Positions 20,230 to 30,857 of a stretch of 64,000 bases of DNA are shown piece by piece. Each line of letters begins with the position of its first letter. Position 1 is the stretch's first letter. Where the stretch lies: contig JBLIRN010000004.1 in NCBI GenBank assembly GCA_049472315.1, forward strand, positions 41,540 to 105,539. The letters run 5' to 3'. Both the position numbers and the translations under genes were made by a program. The DNA comes from a bacterium. GTDB lineage: Bacteria; SZUA-182; DTGQ01; JAFGSM01. Below the pieces are notes generated by a model. The model was not told where the DNA came from, ran no database searches, and worked only from the letters and a program-made list of their open reading frames with translations.

Positions 20230-21706
20230 GCGTACCTTTCTCCCAGAAACGCTGCGGTTTTGTTACCTGCAATGCCTGCTCCAGGGCGAAGGCAACCCTC
20301 AGGACCGTCCCCTCCTCGAAGGGTCTGCCCAGGATCTGTATCCCTATGGGAAGCCCCTCCTCGGTAAACCCGCAGGGCAAGGAGATGGCCGGAATGCCTG
20401 CCAGATTTGCGGAGATGGTAAAGATGTCGTTGAGATACATCTGCAGAGGATCGGTGATGTTCTCTCCGAGCCGAAAGGCAGGGGTCGGTGTGGTGGGGGT
20501 GACCAGCACGTCATGGTTCTGCAATGCCGCGTCAAAATCCTTCTTGATGAGGGTGCGCACCTTGAGGGCCTTCAGGTAATAGGCATCGTAGTATCCCGTG
20601 CTGAGGGCATAGGTCCCAAGCATGATCCTCCGCTTGACCTCCCCGCCGAACCCCTTGTCACGTGTCATTCGGTACATCTGCCTCAGGTCGGTGTGACCCT
20701 GGTCCCTGAAGCCGTACTTCACCCCGTCGTAGCGTGCAAGGTTGGAACTCGCCTCCGCCGTCGCAATAAGATAGTAGGCGGCGATCGCATAATCGGTGTG
20801 GGGCAGGGAGACATCCTCCACTGCCGCCCCGAGGCCGGCCAGGGTATCAATGGCTCGGTTGACGTGAAGGGACACCCCCCGATCAAGCCCGCCGATGAAG
20901 TATTCCTTCGGCCTTCCCACCCGTATTCCCGCAATATCATTCCCCAGGGCATCCCCGTATCGCGGAACGGGGATCGCCGCAGAGGTGCTGTCGCGGTGAT
21001 CCCTTCCACTTATTACGGAAAGGAGCAAGGCACAATCGGTGACGTCCCTTGCAATGGGACCGACCTGATCCAATGACGAGGCGAAGGCAACCAGACCGAA
21101 ACGTGACACCCTGCCATAGGTCGGCTTGAGGCCCACCACACCGCAGAAGGCAGCGGGCTGGCGTATCGATCCCCCGGTATCCGAGCCCAGGGCTGCAGAG
21201 GCCATATCCGATGCCACCACGGCAGCAGAACCCCCTGACGACCCGCCAGGCACCCGCTCCGATGACCAGGGATTGATGGTGGGGCCGAAGCAGGATGTCT
21301 CCGTGGAGGAGCCCATGGCAAACTCATCCAGATTGGTCTTCCCCAGGATGATTGCACCCTCTTGCCGGAGCTTCTCCACAACATGGGCATCAAATGGTGG
21401 GATAAAGGATTTCAGGATGCCGGATGAACAGGTGGTGGAAAGCCCCGTGGTACAGATATTGTCCTTTATCGCTATGGGGATGCCTGCCAAGGCATTGGAA
21501 ACGGAATGATTTCGATGATGGCGATCAATCTCTTCCGCCCTTGCCAGGGCTTGATCTGCAGCAAGGGATAGATACCCGTTGATGAGGGGATTGATGTATT
21601 CGATTCGTTCCAGGTACAAACGCACCAATTCCTTGGCGCTCAATCTTTTTTCCTTAAGCAGTGCAATCTGCCTATGGATAGGTTGGGCACAGATCGCTTC
21701 GGTCAT
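20219..21706 (-). CDS. gatA: Asp/Glu-tRNA amidotransferase subunit A
   Basis: Amidase signature [19 protein letters not shown] and [10 protein letters not shown]. Confidence 0.97.
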   Translation of the reverse strand: MTEAICAQPIHRQIALLKEKRLSAKELVRLYLERIEYINPLINGYLSLAADQALARAEEIDRHHRNHSVSNALAGIPIAIKDNICTTGLSTTCSSGILKSFIPPFDAHVVEKLRQEGAIILGKTNLDEFAMGSSTETSCFGPTINPWSSERVPGGSSGGSAAVVASDMASAALGSDTGGSIRQPAAFCGVVGLKPTYGRVSRFGLVAFASSLDQVGPIARDVTDCALLLSVISGRDHRDSTSAAIPVPRYGDALGNDIAGIRVGRPKEYFIGGLDRGVSLHVNRAIDTLAGLGAAVEDVSLPHTDYAIAAYYLIATAEASSNLARYDGVKYGFRDQGHTDLRQMYRMTRDKGFGGEVKRRIMLGTYALSTGYYDAYYLKALKVRTLIKKDFDAALQNHDVLVTPTTPTPAFRLGENITDPLQMYLNDIFTISANLAGIPAISLPCGFTEEGLPIGIQILGRPFEEGTVLRVAFALEQALQVTKPQRFWEKGTHGV

Positions 21707-21813
21707 GATCCCCTCGTCCACTCCTTCCTACCCTGCGGCGATTGCCCTATCCTCTTCAACACACCGCAGCGGAGGAAGGCCAGGCGTTCCCTCCTTCGGG
21801 TAAAGGCATTTAC

Positions 21814-21842
21814 ATGCTAAAAAAAGGAAGGGGGTAGGTCAA
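21814..21842 (-). promoter_or_regulatory. Putative sigma-70 promoter for gatA
   Basis: Minus strand TTGACC-17 nt-TAGCAT. Confidence 0.45.
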
Positions 21843-21888
21843 GAGATTGGATCGTCCGATCTATTGCTACCCCCTTTATTGATCGATT

Positions 21889-22164
21889 TTACAGAATGTC
21901 CTTTAACCCTTTACCCGGTTTGAATTTTACAACCTTTCTGGCCGGTATCTTTAGCTCGGCGCCTGTCTGAGGGTTACGACCTACCCTGGATTTACGGCTG
22001 GCAACCGAGAACGTCCCAAAGCCGATAAGCGTAATATTTTCCCCCTTCTTCAGCGCGCCCTTTACGCCATCGACGAACGCATTCAGTGACTTTTCAGCCG
22101 CCACCTTACTAATACCAGCCTCTCCAGCCATTCTTTCCACCAAATCCGCCTTATTCAACCCCAT
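21889..22164 (-). CDS. hup: Histone-like DNA-binding protein HU
   Basis: NKADLV, GFGTF and GRNPQTG..KIPA motifs. Confidence 0.95.
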   Translation of the reverse strand: MGLNKADLVERMAGEAGISKVAAEKSLNAFVDGVKGALKKGENITLIGFGTFSVASRKSRVGRNPQTGAELKIPARKVVKFKPGKGLKDIL

Positions 22165-22234
22165 CCCTCCTTTCTCATGTTACTGTATGGTTAAATAGAC
22201 CTGCAAAACAACAATAACATCCGGTACACGTTAT

Positions 22235-22263
22235 TAGATACTATAACCCTCAATCGTTGTCAA
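22235..22263 (-). promoter_or_regulatory. Putative sigma-70 promoter for HU
   Basis: Minus strand TTGACA-17 nt-TATCTA. Confidence 0.5.
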
Positions 22264-22562
22264 GTCTTTAATTTCCCCAAAATGGTTTCTCTGTCTATTT
22301 CTACAGGCAAGGCAGATCTATTTGTTTGATTTTTTTGAATAAATGTATTTACATCCAATATCTGATAAACGAAAAAATGACCCCTTTCATTCCCCCCAAT
22401 TCCAATTTCAAATCGCGAATTCTGGAGCATGGACAGACTTATCTACCTCCTATGGCGCAAGTCCAAAAACGGAAATCCCTTTTTCCCCGCCGATTATTTT
22501 GCATCCGGATGATTTCCCTGGTACACTATGTTTTTTTTTCATAACAATGGTATTATTAAAGT

Positions 22563-23339
22563 ATGAATAAGAATAGAGACATCAGCAGTACCGTTATCCT
22601 GATCCTACTCCTCGTTGTGATCTCGGGCCTGGTGTTCTATCTGTTTTTCTATCCCGGATCCAAGCCGAAATCCCCTCCCTTGATGGAGGCGGTTGACCCA
22701 AACGTCAACATCTTCCTTCCTCCCTCCCTTGACACCAGATACAAGGGGAAGGATGTGTATGTCATCGATCCACGGGCAAAGGTGCGGATGGAGCCGCGAT
22801 CGGATGCCACGGTCGTTGCGGAGAAAAAAAGGGGGGACCAGCTCACCGTGATCGGCGCAAACGAGGGATGGTTCGAGGTGGAATTCGATGACAAGAGGGG
22901 ATGGATCCTCAGGGAGCAGGTCATCGACAGGCTCCCCTCCTCACGGAAGTCGGAAAAACCCGCCCGAACTCCTGATACCGAGCCCCAGGACAATATCCAG
23001 GTCCTTGATCAGCTCAGGGCGGATACGGATAATATAGCAGCCTTCATCAACCAGAGGGCAACGGAGCTGTTCGGTCAGGAAATGGTCTCAGGATTCGAGA
23101 TACGTGATGGCGGAAAAAGACTTACCATGTATGTGACCAAGGCATGGTATATCCTGCCGCCGTTCCAGAAGCAGGTCATGATAAATCTTGTAGCCATGCG
23201 ATACGGTAATCAAACCTGTATTCACGGCGTCAGAACCGAATGCTCCCCGAATGATTTCCCCTACATCAATTTTCTCAATCCCGACAACAAGGAGATTGCC
23301 CGGGTGGGACCGAACCAACCCATGCAGATATTCGAGTAA
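22563..23339 (+). CDS. Membrane-anchored bacterial SH3-domain protein
   Basis: N-terminal TM helix and the SH3b pattern VR.EP...A.VV....G..L.V......W..V......GWI. The C-terminal domain is unrecognised. Confidence 0.75.
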   Translation: MNKNRDISSTVILILLLVVISGLVFYLFFYPGSKPKSPPLMEAVDPNVNIFLPPSLDTRYKGKDVYVIDPRAKVRMEPRSDATVVAEKKRGDQLTVIGANEGWFEVEFDDKRGWILREQVIDRLPSSRKSEKPARTPDTEPQDNIQVLDQLRADTDNIAAFINQRATELFGQEMVSGFEIRDGGKRLTMYVTKAWYILPPFQKQVMINLVAMRYGNQTCIHGVRTECSPNDFPYINFLNPDNKEIARVGPNQPMQIFE

Positions 23340-23425
23340 AACCTCATCCTTCCCATGCGGCCCACACCGCTGAGACATGCAGAAAATATCGGGGGGCTTC
23401 GCCCCCGCCTTAGAAGGGGGACACA

Positions 23426-25603
23426 CTAAATCAACGGCTTTCCACCCGGGGTCCCGCCCAGGCCGCCTCCGAAAAATCCCCCGCCGATTCCTCCGCCGAC
23501 CCCGGGGATACCTCCCCCAAGGACACCACCGCCAAGACCAATTCCGCCTGCCCCAGGACCAGTCATCACCGGCGTCATCGCCGGGGTAACCACCGGCGCG
23601 GGAACTACGACCGGCGTGGTAACCGGTGCCGTAACCATGGGTGTCACCGGCGCAGCCGGCGGCATAACATTCGGCACCGCACCGCCGATCCCTCCTCCGA
23701 CTCCGGGGATGCCTCCACCGGGTACACCACCGCCAAGACCAGGTCCACCTCCCCCCGGACCCGCCATTAACGGGATCATTGGCGGGGTAACCACCGGCGC
23801 GGGAACAGTGACCGGAATGGTGACCGGCACCGTTACCGCCGGCGTCACCGGCGCAGCCGGCGGTATAACCACCGGCACTGCAGGGGCCGGGGCCACCGGA
23901 GCGGTCACCACCGGCGCCGGTGTTACCGCTGCAGGAGGTAGCACAGCCACCGGCACGGTCACCGCAGGGACCAGGGTAACCGGGGTCGTAACGGCCGGTA
24001 CCGGTGTTGCGGGCAGTGCAGCAGGCGGCACCACTACGGGTGTGCCCACAGGGGCCGGGGTGATTCCAACCGGGGCCACCGCCGTGGGAGGGGTGATTGC
24101 AGCCGGGGGCACCACGGTAACGGGTGGTGTGGGAACAACGGTTGGGGTAACCACGGGAATCGCACCCGGAACCTGGGGAGCAGGCGCAGGGGCAGGGCCG
24201 GCAACGGCTATCGGCGTCGAAGGCAAAGCAATCCCAGGTAACGGTGAAGGTGCCTGGGACAGATGGCTGAGCAGGGAAAGCAGGAAATCAGGGATCCCGC
24301 CAGGCAGGGGGATCTCCAGATCAGGGTTCTGAAGCAATGCCATACCCAGGAGGACATCCCCCAGGCCATACAGCCCGCCCAGGCCGCCGTAGAGCCCAAA
24401 GAGATCTGTCCCGCCGTACAGACCATAGCCGCCGTACAGGCCCATTCCGCCGTATAATCCGAGTCCTCCGTATAACCCCATTCCGCCGTAGAGCCCACCC
24501 AGACCATACAGACCGCCCATACCATATAAGCCTCCCAGTCCACCGGAGAGCCCGAAGAGTCCCATCCCGCCATAGAGGCCGTAGCCGCCCCCATATGTCC
24601 CCAATAAACCCATCCCGCCGTACAGGCCGTAGCCCCCGTAAAGGCCTGCTCCTCCATATAATCCGAGACCCCCGTATAACCCGTAGCCCCCATATAAACC
24701 CAATCCGCCATAGTATCCAAGGCCTCCGCCGAATCTTCCCACCGAACCGGCGTAGAGCCCCCCCATCCCTCCATAGATACCATAGGTACCGCCGTAATAC
24801 CCATATCCTCCGCCATATCCGCCGATTGAGCCAGCCGGATAGATGAGACCGGGATAGGAAATGGGTACATATCCTCCGGCAATGACTACCTGCGAGGTGT
24901 TCGAGGAATCATTCCCGGAATCTCCTGAATCGGCATCGGTCTGCGTATCGTCGGGGAGTAGATTCGCCTCCTCTCCGGCGAGATGGATGAAGACCAATCC
25001 AAAATCCTTCCCATCAATCTTTCTGGTAAGCTGGAATGATTCACGGGGATCATTGGAGGACCAACCCTGGTCAAGCAGGTGCACATTCGTATCGAGGTAT
25101 ATGTCATACGGGCCCGTCTTCTGCCCGGTAACAGGATCCTTCGACCATAACCAGATATTTCCGACGTAACAGTCGGCTCCTCTGATTCCGATCCGTGAAA
25201 CGGCTTTGAAATCGACGATGTCTTCGGCTATATCGTGCTCAAAAAAAACAGGGGTATCCTGCCCTGTTTCAAGCTCCGCAAGAGGCACCAGGTACAACGA
25301 TCCCCGCTTTGATCCCGTATCACCCGTATACGGGCAATACTGAACCAATATCCTGGGCATGCGCGGATTGTATGTCTCGACAAACAGGAGAACCTCAAAG
25401 GTTTCGTTTGCCAGGCAGTAAAAGCTCAGCACCGATTTCTCCTGAATCCATGCGGCATCGTCCCTCAGGTCCAGGCTCGCATATGATGTCAGGGAATCCG
25501 TTCCCACACCATCCCTCGGAGCGCCCAGTATCATCGCATGGGATACGATGAGGAGGATCAAGAACATATGCCAAAGGCGAACACCCCTTTTTTCAATCAT
25601 CAT
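23426..25603 (-). CDS. Large secreted protein with N-terminal domain, GGY/GLY repeat block, Pro/Val/Thr/Ala block and duplicated Gly-rich tail
   Basis: AAGGAG SD before ATG 25603, a signal-peptide-like segment, and a continuous 725-aa ORF with modular low-complexity blocks. Confidence 0.78.
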   Translation of the reverse strand: MMIEKRGVRLWHMFLILLIVSHAMILGAPRDGVGTDSLTSYASLDLRDDAAWIQEKSVLSFYCLANETFEVLLFVETYNPRMPRILVQYCPYTGDTGSKRGSLYLVPLAELETGQDTPVFFEHDIAEDIVDFKAVSRIGIRGADCYVGNIWLWSKDPVTGQKTGPYDIYLDTNVHLLDQGWSSNDPRESFQLTRKIDGKDFGLVFIHLAGEEANLLPDDTQTDADSGDSGNDSSNTSQVVIAGGYVPISYPGLIYPAGSIGGYGGGYGYYGGTYGIYGGMGGLYAGSVGRFGGGLGYYGGLGLYGGYGLYGGLGLYGGAGLYGGYGLYGGMGLLGTYGGGYGLYGGMGLFGLSGGLGGLYGMGGLYGLGGLYGGMGLYGGLGLYGGMGLYGGYGLYGGTDLFGLYGGLGGLYGLGDVLLGMALLQNPDLEIPLPGGIPDFLLSLLSHLSQAPSPLPGIALPSTPIAVAGPAPAPAPQVPGAIPVVTPTVVPTPPVTVVPPAAITPPTAVAPVGITPAPVGTPVVVPPAALPATPVPAVTTPVTLVPAVTVPVAVLPPAAVTPAPVVTAPVAPAPAVPVVIPPAAPVTPAVTVPVTIPVTVPAPVVTPPMIPLMAGPGGGGPGLGGGVPGGGIPGVGGGIGGAVPNVMPPAAPVTPMVTAPVTTPVVVPAPVVTPAMTPVMTGPGAGGIGLGGGVLGGGIPGVGGGIGGGFFGGGLGGTPGGKPLI

Positions 25604-26260
25604 AACTCTCCTTATGTAAGGACAAAACAAGACAGGCAATCGCACCCGCTGTGTCCGACCATTTTTCTCTTTCTCCGGTCTGCCCGCTCATGGAATTATA
25701 TCCGGTGTTCCGGGCAACAGGGCCTATGGACATCGATTCTCCACGGAACCCTCGCGTTGATTGAAAAACAAAGAGAGTTCTCCGCCTTACTGGTACTACA
25801 AGGTTTTGTGAGAAATATAGTAATGGGGGAAACGTACCAAGATATAGTGTATGTGAAGTATACCGATGTTTATCCTATGTCCCTTATTTATATAGTATGG
25901 TCATACCCCCTCGCTTGTCAAGCATCTGTATGGGGAAAATCCCGAGTGGTATCACCCCCCCTATTGTGATACTATAATTACAATTACATAATTCCGTTAA
26001 GAAATCCCTTTAAGAATCGCGGGGACGTACCGTTTTCATACGGCCGATGCATCCCGAGTCGACTGCTGCTGTGTAACACCGTTACCGATGTTTATACGGG
26101 CCTTCCCTTTGAAATGGTAGGCCTTCGGCGACGATGGCCGATCCACCGCATGCAGGGCAAGGCATTTTCCCCCGACGATTTCGCGGGTTCGTGATCATCG
26201 GATACATAGTATCATACCAACACCTGGATAATCAGCTTTCAGACAGGGAGGTTTTTCAGG

Positions 26261-27181
26261 ATGCGTCTTCTCGTTGTCGGATCGATCGCCTTGGATACCA
26301 TAGCCACCCCATTCGGCACCATCAACGAGGGCCTCGGCGGCTCCGCCACCTATTTCTCCTTGGCCGCACGACACTTGACGGATATCAATCTTGTTGCCGT
26401 GGTCGGCGAGGACTTCCCGCAGGAACATGTATCCCTTCTTCAGGGAAAGGGGATCGATATTGCCGGGCTTCAGAGGTCTCCGGGGAAGACCTTTCGATGG
26501 ACCGGCGAGTACGGATTCGACCTCAACGAGGCCCGAACAATCGATACGCAACTTAACGTATTTCAGGACTTCACCCCGCAACTGCCCGAGGCCTATCGCA
26601 ACAGCGAATGCGTCTTTCTTGCCAATATCGATCCGGACCTCCAGAGAGAGGTCCTGGAACAGGTTGATTCACCAACTATTGTGGCGTGCGACACCATGAA
26701 TTACTGGATCCAAAACAAGCCCCAATCGTTAAAAAAGACGATTGAACGGGTTGACATCGTTATCATCAACGAGTCGGAGGTGCGGCAGCTCACCGCAGAG
26801 CCCAATCTGGTGAAGGCATCCCGCACCATTCTCTCCTGGGGGCCCAGGATATTGATCATCAAGCGGGGTGAGTACGGGGTCCTGATGTTCTCGGACGATT
26901 CGGTATTCTCGGCGCCGGCATATCCCCTCGAGGAGCTGTTTGATCCTACGGGCGCCGGAGACAGCTTTGCCGGCGGATTCATGGGATTTCTCGCCAATGT
27001 CGGCACAGTGGACGAAACCAACGTGCGAAGAGGAATCATCATGGGAAGTGTCATGGCATCCTTTTGTGTGGAGGCATTTACCCCGCAGCGGCTGATTGAC
27101 CTGAATCCTCAGGAAATCAGGAATAGATATTGCGAATTCAAACAATTAACGTGTTTCGAAGATCTCTCCGAGATCATCTGA
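26261..27181 (+). CDS. PfkB-family sugar/nucleoside kinase
   Basis: VGSIALD, LGGSATY and DPTGAGDSFAGG. Confidence 0.92.
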   Translation: MRLLVVGSIALDTIATPFGTINEGLGGSATYFSLAARHLTDINLVAVVGEDFPQEHVSLLQGKGIDIAGLQRSPGKTFRWTGEYGFDLNEARTIDTQLNVFQDFTPQLPEAYRNSECVFLANIDPDLQREVLEQVDSPTIVACDTMNYWIQNKPQSLKKTIERVDIVIINESEVRQLTAEPNLVKASRTILSWGPRILIIKRGEYGVLMFSDDSVFSAPAYPLEELFDPTGAGDSFAGGFMGFLANVGTVDETNVRRGIIMGSVMASFCVEAFTPQRLIDLNPQEIRNRYCEFKQLTCFEDLSEII

Positions 27182-27185
27182 TCCG

Positions 27186-29855
27186 ATGCAGGTTATCACC
27201 ACGCATATAAACGCCGATTTCGATTCCCTCGCCTCGATGGTCGCCGCCAAGAAGCTCTATCCTGATGCGCGGATCGTTTTCCCCGGTTCACAGGAGGGAA
27301 ACCTTCGCTATCTGCTGAAGATCCCCGAGTATAAGGTCAGGTATCACAAACCCAAGGAAATCGATCTGGGCAGTATCGACCATCTGATACTGGTGGACAC
27401 GCGGATGGCGGATCGTATCGGCGACCTGGCAAAGGTGCTCGATGCACCCGGACTCACGATCCACATCTTCGATCACCATCCGAGCCATCCCAATGACATC
27501 CACGGGCAGGTCGAGGTGGTCAGGCCTGTGGGCGCCACTACCACGCTCTTTGTCAAGATATTTCAGGAGAAAGGCATCGACATAACCCCCCACGAGGCGA
27601 CCATCATGGCGCTGGGCATCTATGAGGATACGGGGTGCCTGACCTTCAGTTCGACCACCGCGGATGATCTGCATGCAGCCGGATATCTCCTCGAACGGGG
27701 CGCAAACCTCAATATGGTTGCCGACCTGATCGACAGGGGATTGACCACCGGCCACATCACCATCATGAACGAGCTCCTCAACTCCCTCGAGATCCACCCC
27801 ATCAACGGTATCCCCATCCACATCGCCACGGCATCCATCGATCGGTACATGGGGGATATTGCAATTCTGGCCCACAAGATCAGGGATATCGAAAACATGG
27901 ATACCCTCTTTCTTCTGGTGCGAATGGAGGACCGGGTTCACCTCGTTGCCAGGAGCCGTATCAGCGAGGTGGACGCCGGCCTGATCGCACGGGAATTCGA
28001 CGGCGGAGGGCACCATACCGCAGCCTCCGCCACCATCAAGGAAATGACCCTGGTTCAGGCAAAGGAAAAACTGCTCGCGGTTCTCCAGCACAATATCCAT
28101 ACACCCAAAACAGCCCAGGAGATCATGACGGCACCGGTCAAGACGGTGACCCAGCACCGGAACATGCTGGAGGCGAAGGACCTGCTGAATCAATACAGTA
28201 TCAATACCATACCGGTTACCGGAGATTCGGGTGAATTGATCGGCCTGATCACACGACAGACCATCGATAAGGCGATCGGACACGGCATGGAGACCGTCCC
28301 GGTCAAGGAGTTGATGGTGAGCGATCTCCTCACCGTCGCCCCTGAGACCTCCATCGACAAGGTCAGGGAGCTCATGATCGAAAGCAACCAGCGATTTTTG
28401 CCCGTACTGAGGGGAGAGACCCTGGTGGGAGTGATCACCAAGACCGACCTCCTGCGGGTCCTGCACGACGACCTCTCCCGGTTGCCTCGGCCCTTTCTGT
28501 ATGAAGGGATGGTGGAAAAGGGGGACTACCAGTCCAAGAACCTCACCAGCCTCATCAAGGAACGCCTTCCTGACCAGGTGCAGGCCCTGCTCAAAACCGC
28601 CGGCGAGGTGGCCGAAGAACTGGGCTTCTCCGCTTATGTGGTGGGAGGGTTCGTCAGGGACCTGATGCTGCGGGTGGAGAATCTGGACATCGACATCGTG
28701 GTGGAGGGGAACGGCATCCTCTTTGCCGAGTACATGCATCATAAACTCGGGGGGAGGCTGTGCTCCCACCAGAAGTTCGTCACCGCCGTACTCGTGCTCC
28801 CCGACGGATTCAAGGTGGATGTGGCAACCGCCCGATTGGAATACTATCCGAAGCCGGTCGACCTTCCCAGCGTTGAGATGAGTTCGATAAAGCACGACCT
28901 GTTCAGGCGGGATTTCACCATCAATACGCTGTCCATCCAGTTGAATCCGCAACACTTCGGCAGGCTCATCGATTTCTTCGGCGGGCAGCGGGACCTCAAG
29001 GACAAAAAGATCCGCGTCCTGCACAGCCTCAGCTTCGTCGAGGACCCTACGCGCGTATTTCGCGCCATCCGCTTCGAACAGCGGTATGGATTCCAGATAG
29101 GCAAATATACCAGAAACCTCATCATCTCTGCCATCAAAAGGGGATTGCTTTCACGGCTTGACGGCAAAAGGCTCTTTATCGAACTCGACCTGATCTTTCA
29201 GGAGCCCGATCCCACAAAGGCCCTGACCCGCATGGGTGAATTCAAGGTGCTCGAGCATCTCACGCCATCCATCATCTATTCCCCGGATCTCGAGAAATTG
29301 ATGATCAACGTGAGAAATGTGATTACCTGGCATGAACTGCTGTATCTCACCGAACAGATTGAAAAATGGATCGTCTATTTTTGCGCGTTGACCGATTCCC
29401 TCTCCGATCAGGAGATGATCACACTCCTGGAGCGATTCAACATATCCGCCAAGGCACGGGACAAAATCGTCTCCTGCCACAGCACCTCCGCGCAGGTGAT
29501 CAAGAGGCTCTATCGACTCAAGACGAATCAATACAGCAAGATCTACCTCCTTCTTCGTCCCATCCCCACCGAAGGACTGCTCTATCTCATGGCCAAGTGC
29601 GAGGCATCGAGATTGAAACAGATGATCTCCCATTTTCTGACCTCCCTCAAGGGTGTTCACGTCGCCATAACCGGTGAGGATCTCAAAAAAATGGGATTCA
29701 CCCCGGGCCCTTCATTCAGGGACATCTTTGAAGATTTACTCAAGGCACGCCTGGACGGTATTGTTAAAAATATCGAGGAGGAGGCCTCATTCGTAGAGGA
29801 ACGATTCGGTCACCTCCGCACCCGCACAACAAAATCCAAACAGAAGGGGGTGTGA
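27186..29855 (+). CDS. tRNA nucleotidyltransferase with DHH/DHHA1 and CBS domains (A-adding/CCA type)
   Basis: H.NADFD, DHH, GGGH, a CBS pair, VGGFVRD, DID, RRDFTIN and EDPTR.FR. Confidence 0.92.
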   Translation: MQVITTHINADFDSLASMVAAKKLYPDARIVFPGSQEGNLRYLLKIPEYKVRYHKPKEIDLGSIDHLILVDTRMADRIGDLAKVLDAPGLTIHIFDHHPSHPNDIHGQVEVVRPVGATTTLFVKIFQEKGIDITPHEATIMALGIYEDTGCLTFSSTTADDLHAAGYLLERGANLNMVADLIDRGLTTGHITIMNELLNSLEIHPINGIPIHIATASIDRYMGDIAILAHKIRDIENMDTLFLLVRMEDRVHLVARSRISEVDAGLIAREFDGGGHHTAASATIKEMTLVQAKEKLLAVLQHNIHTPKTAQEIMTAPVKTVTQHRNMLEAKDLLNQYSINTIPVTGDSGELIGLITRQTIDKAIGHGMETVPVKELMVSDLLTVAPETSIDKVRELMIESNQRFLPVLRGETLVGVITKTDLLRVLHDDLSRLPRPFLYEGMVEKGDYQSKNLTSLIKERLPDQVQALLKTAGEVAEELGFSAYVVGGFVRDLMLRVENLDIDIVVEGNGILFAEYMHHKLGGRLCSHQKFVTAVLVLPDGFKVDVATARLEYYPKPVDLPSVEMSSIKHDLFRRDFTINTLSIQLNPQHFGRLIDFFGGQRDLKDKKIRVLHSLSFVEDPTRVFRAIRFEQRYGFQIGKYTRNLIISAIKRGLLSRLDGKRLFIELDLIFQEPDPTKALTRMGEFKVLEHLTPSIIYSPDLEKLMINVRNVITWHELLYLTEQIEKWIVYFCALTDSLSDQEMITLLERFNISAKARDKIVSCHSTSAQVIKRLYRLKTNQYSKIYLLLRPIPTEGLLYLMAKCEASRLKQMISHFLTSLKGVHVAITGEDLKKMGFTPGPSFRDIFEDLLKARLDGIVKNIEEEASFVEERFGHLRTRTTKSKQKGV

Positions 29856-30568
29856 TGACTCCCCCCTCCACGAATGATTACACCATCAAGCTGCCTATAT
29901 TCGAAGGTCCGATGGACCTCCTCCTCCATCTCATCAAAAAGGCACAGATAGACATCTGGGATATCCCCATCGCCCTGATTACCGAACAGTATCTCGATTA
30001 CATCCGCATGATGCAGGATCTGAATCTGGATGTAGCCGGGGATTTTCTGGTGATGGCCTCGTATCTGATGTATCTGAAGTCGAGGATACTCCTCGTTCCC
30101 GGGCCGCAAGACGACGAAGAGGACCCGGAGCAGACCCGGCTGCGACTCGCTCAACGGCTGGTTGAATACCAGGCCTGCAAGAGGGGATCGGAAATCCTTG
30201 CGCAATTTGAAGAGGAGAGGAACAGGGTCATCCCTGCCCCGGGCATCCCCATTCCCTGCGAAGAGGAAATGATCGAGGCCGACCTGTTCGATCTCTTCAA
30301 TGCCTACTACCTCTTATTCAAGGAACAGATCGATCCTGCACGGCCCCATAGCGTTTCCATTGATCCGATTGCCGTCAAGGACGAGATGGCGGTAATCGAA
30401 TCCACATTAAGAGTAAAGAAAAGGATATTTTTTCGTCTTATATATAGCAATTGTGACCCAGCGCGCTATATTGCCGGTTTTTTGGCACTCTTGGAGCTGG
30501 CCCGGATACATAAAATCACCATCCTTCAAGGGCACACCTTTGGGGATATAGTGATCCAGGCGGCCTGA
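29852..30568 (+). CDS. scpA: Segregation and condensation protein A
   Basis: FEGPMDLLLHLI, FLVMA..L..KSR.L and FLALLEL. Confidence 0.93.
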   Translation: MMTPPSTNDYTIKLPIFEGPMDLLLHLIKKAQIDIWDIPIALITEQYLDYIRMMQDLNLDVAGDFLVMASYLMYLKSRILLVPGPQDDEEDPEQTRLRLAQRLVEYQACKRGSEILAQFEEERNRVIPAPGIPIPCEEEMIEADLFDLFNAYYLLFKEQIDPARPHSVSIDPIAVKDEMAVIESTLRVKKRIFFRLIYSNCDPARYIAGFLALLELARIHKITILQGHTFGDIVIQAA

Positions 30569-30792
30569 ACGTTTTTATGTCCGATTGTGCCTTTGAACAT
30601 ACTGATGCATCCGCTTCCGAGTTTCTGCAGCCGTAGATTGGATATCATGGGAACATGCGTTTCACATGGTATTTATGCAAGAAAATTCATTCTTTATGAA
30701 AGGGAGGTTACAGTATACCTACATTATATTACAAAAAATCAAACAATTAATTGAATCTATTGGATGTGGCCCCCTGTCAGGTTATTGATTAT

Positions 30793-30809
30793 CTGGCAAT
30801 ATTATTGCA
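30793..30809 (+). promoter_or_regulatory. Putative sigma-54 (-24/-12) promoter
   Basis: CTGGCAATATTATTGCA has GG-N10-GC spacing with a TTGCA -12 box, in an AT-rich region upstream of the CDS at 30858. Confidence 0.7.
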
Positions 30810-30857
30810 TAATTAAGGAGCGGATTATCTTATGCAAAGTATGAGGAGGTTTAAGAG

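Noticed and set aside
23616..24332. 238-aa Gly/Val/Thr-rich plus-strand ORF
   Set aside because: It is the antisense shadow of the Pro-rich block of the 23426-25603 gene and has no SD or signal peptide.
25538..25969. 143-aa plus-strand ORF, and other intergenic ORFs (8867-9169, 39922-40140, 48333-48533)
   Set aside because: They have no motifs, weak starts, and overlap promoter or repeat regions.
27288..29024. 578-aa antisense ORF, and similar ones opposite pilB, gatA, recJ, serA and glgA
   Set aside because: These are shadow ORFs caused by codon bias opposite well-conserved genes and have no recognisable motifs.
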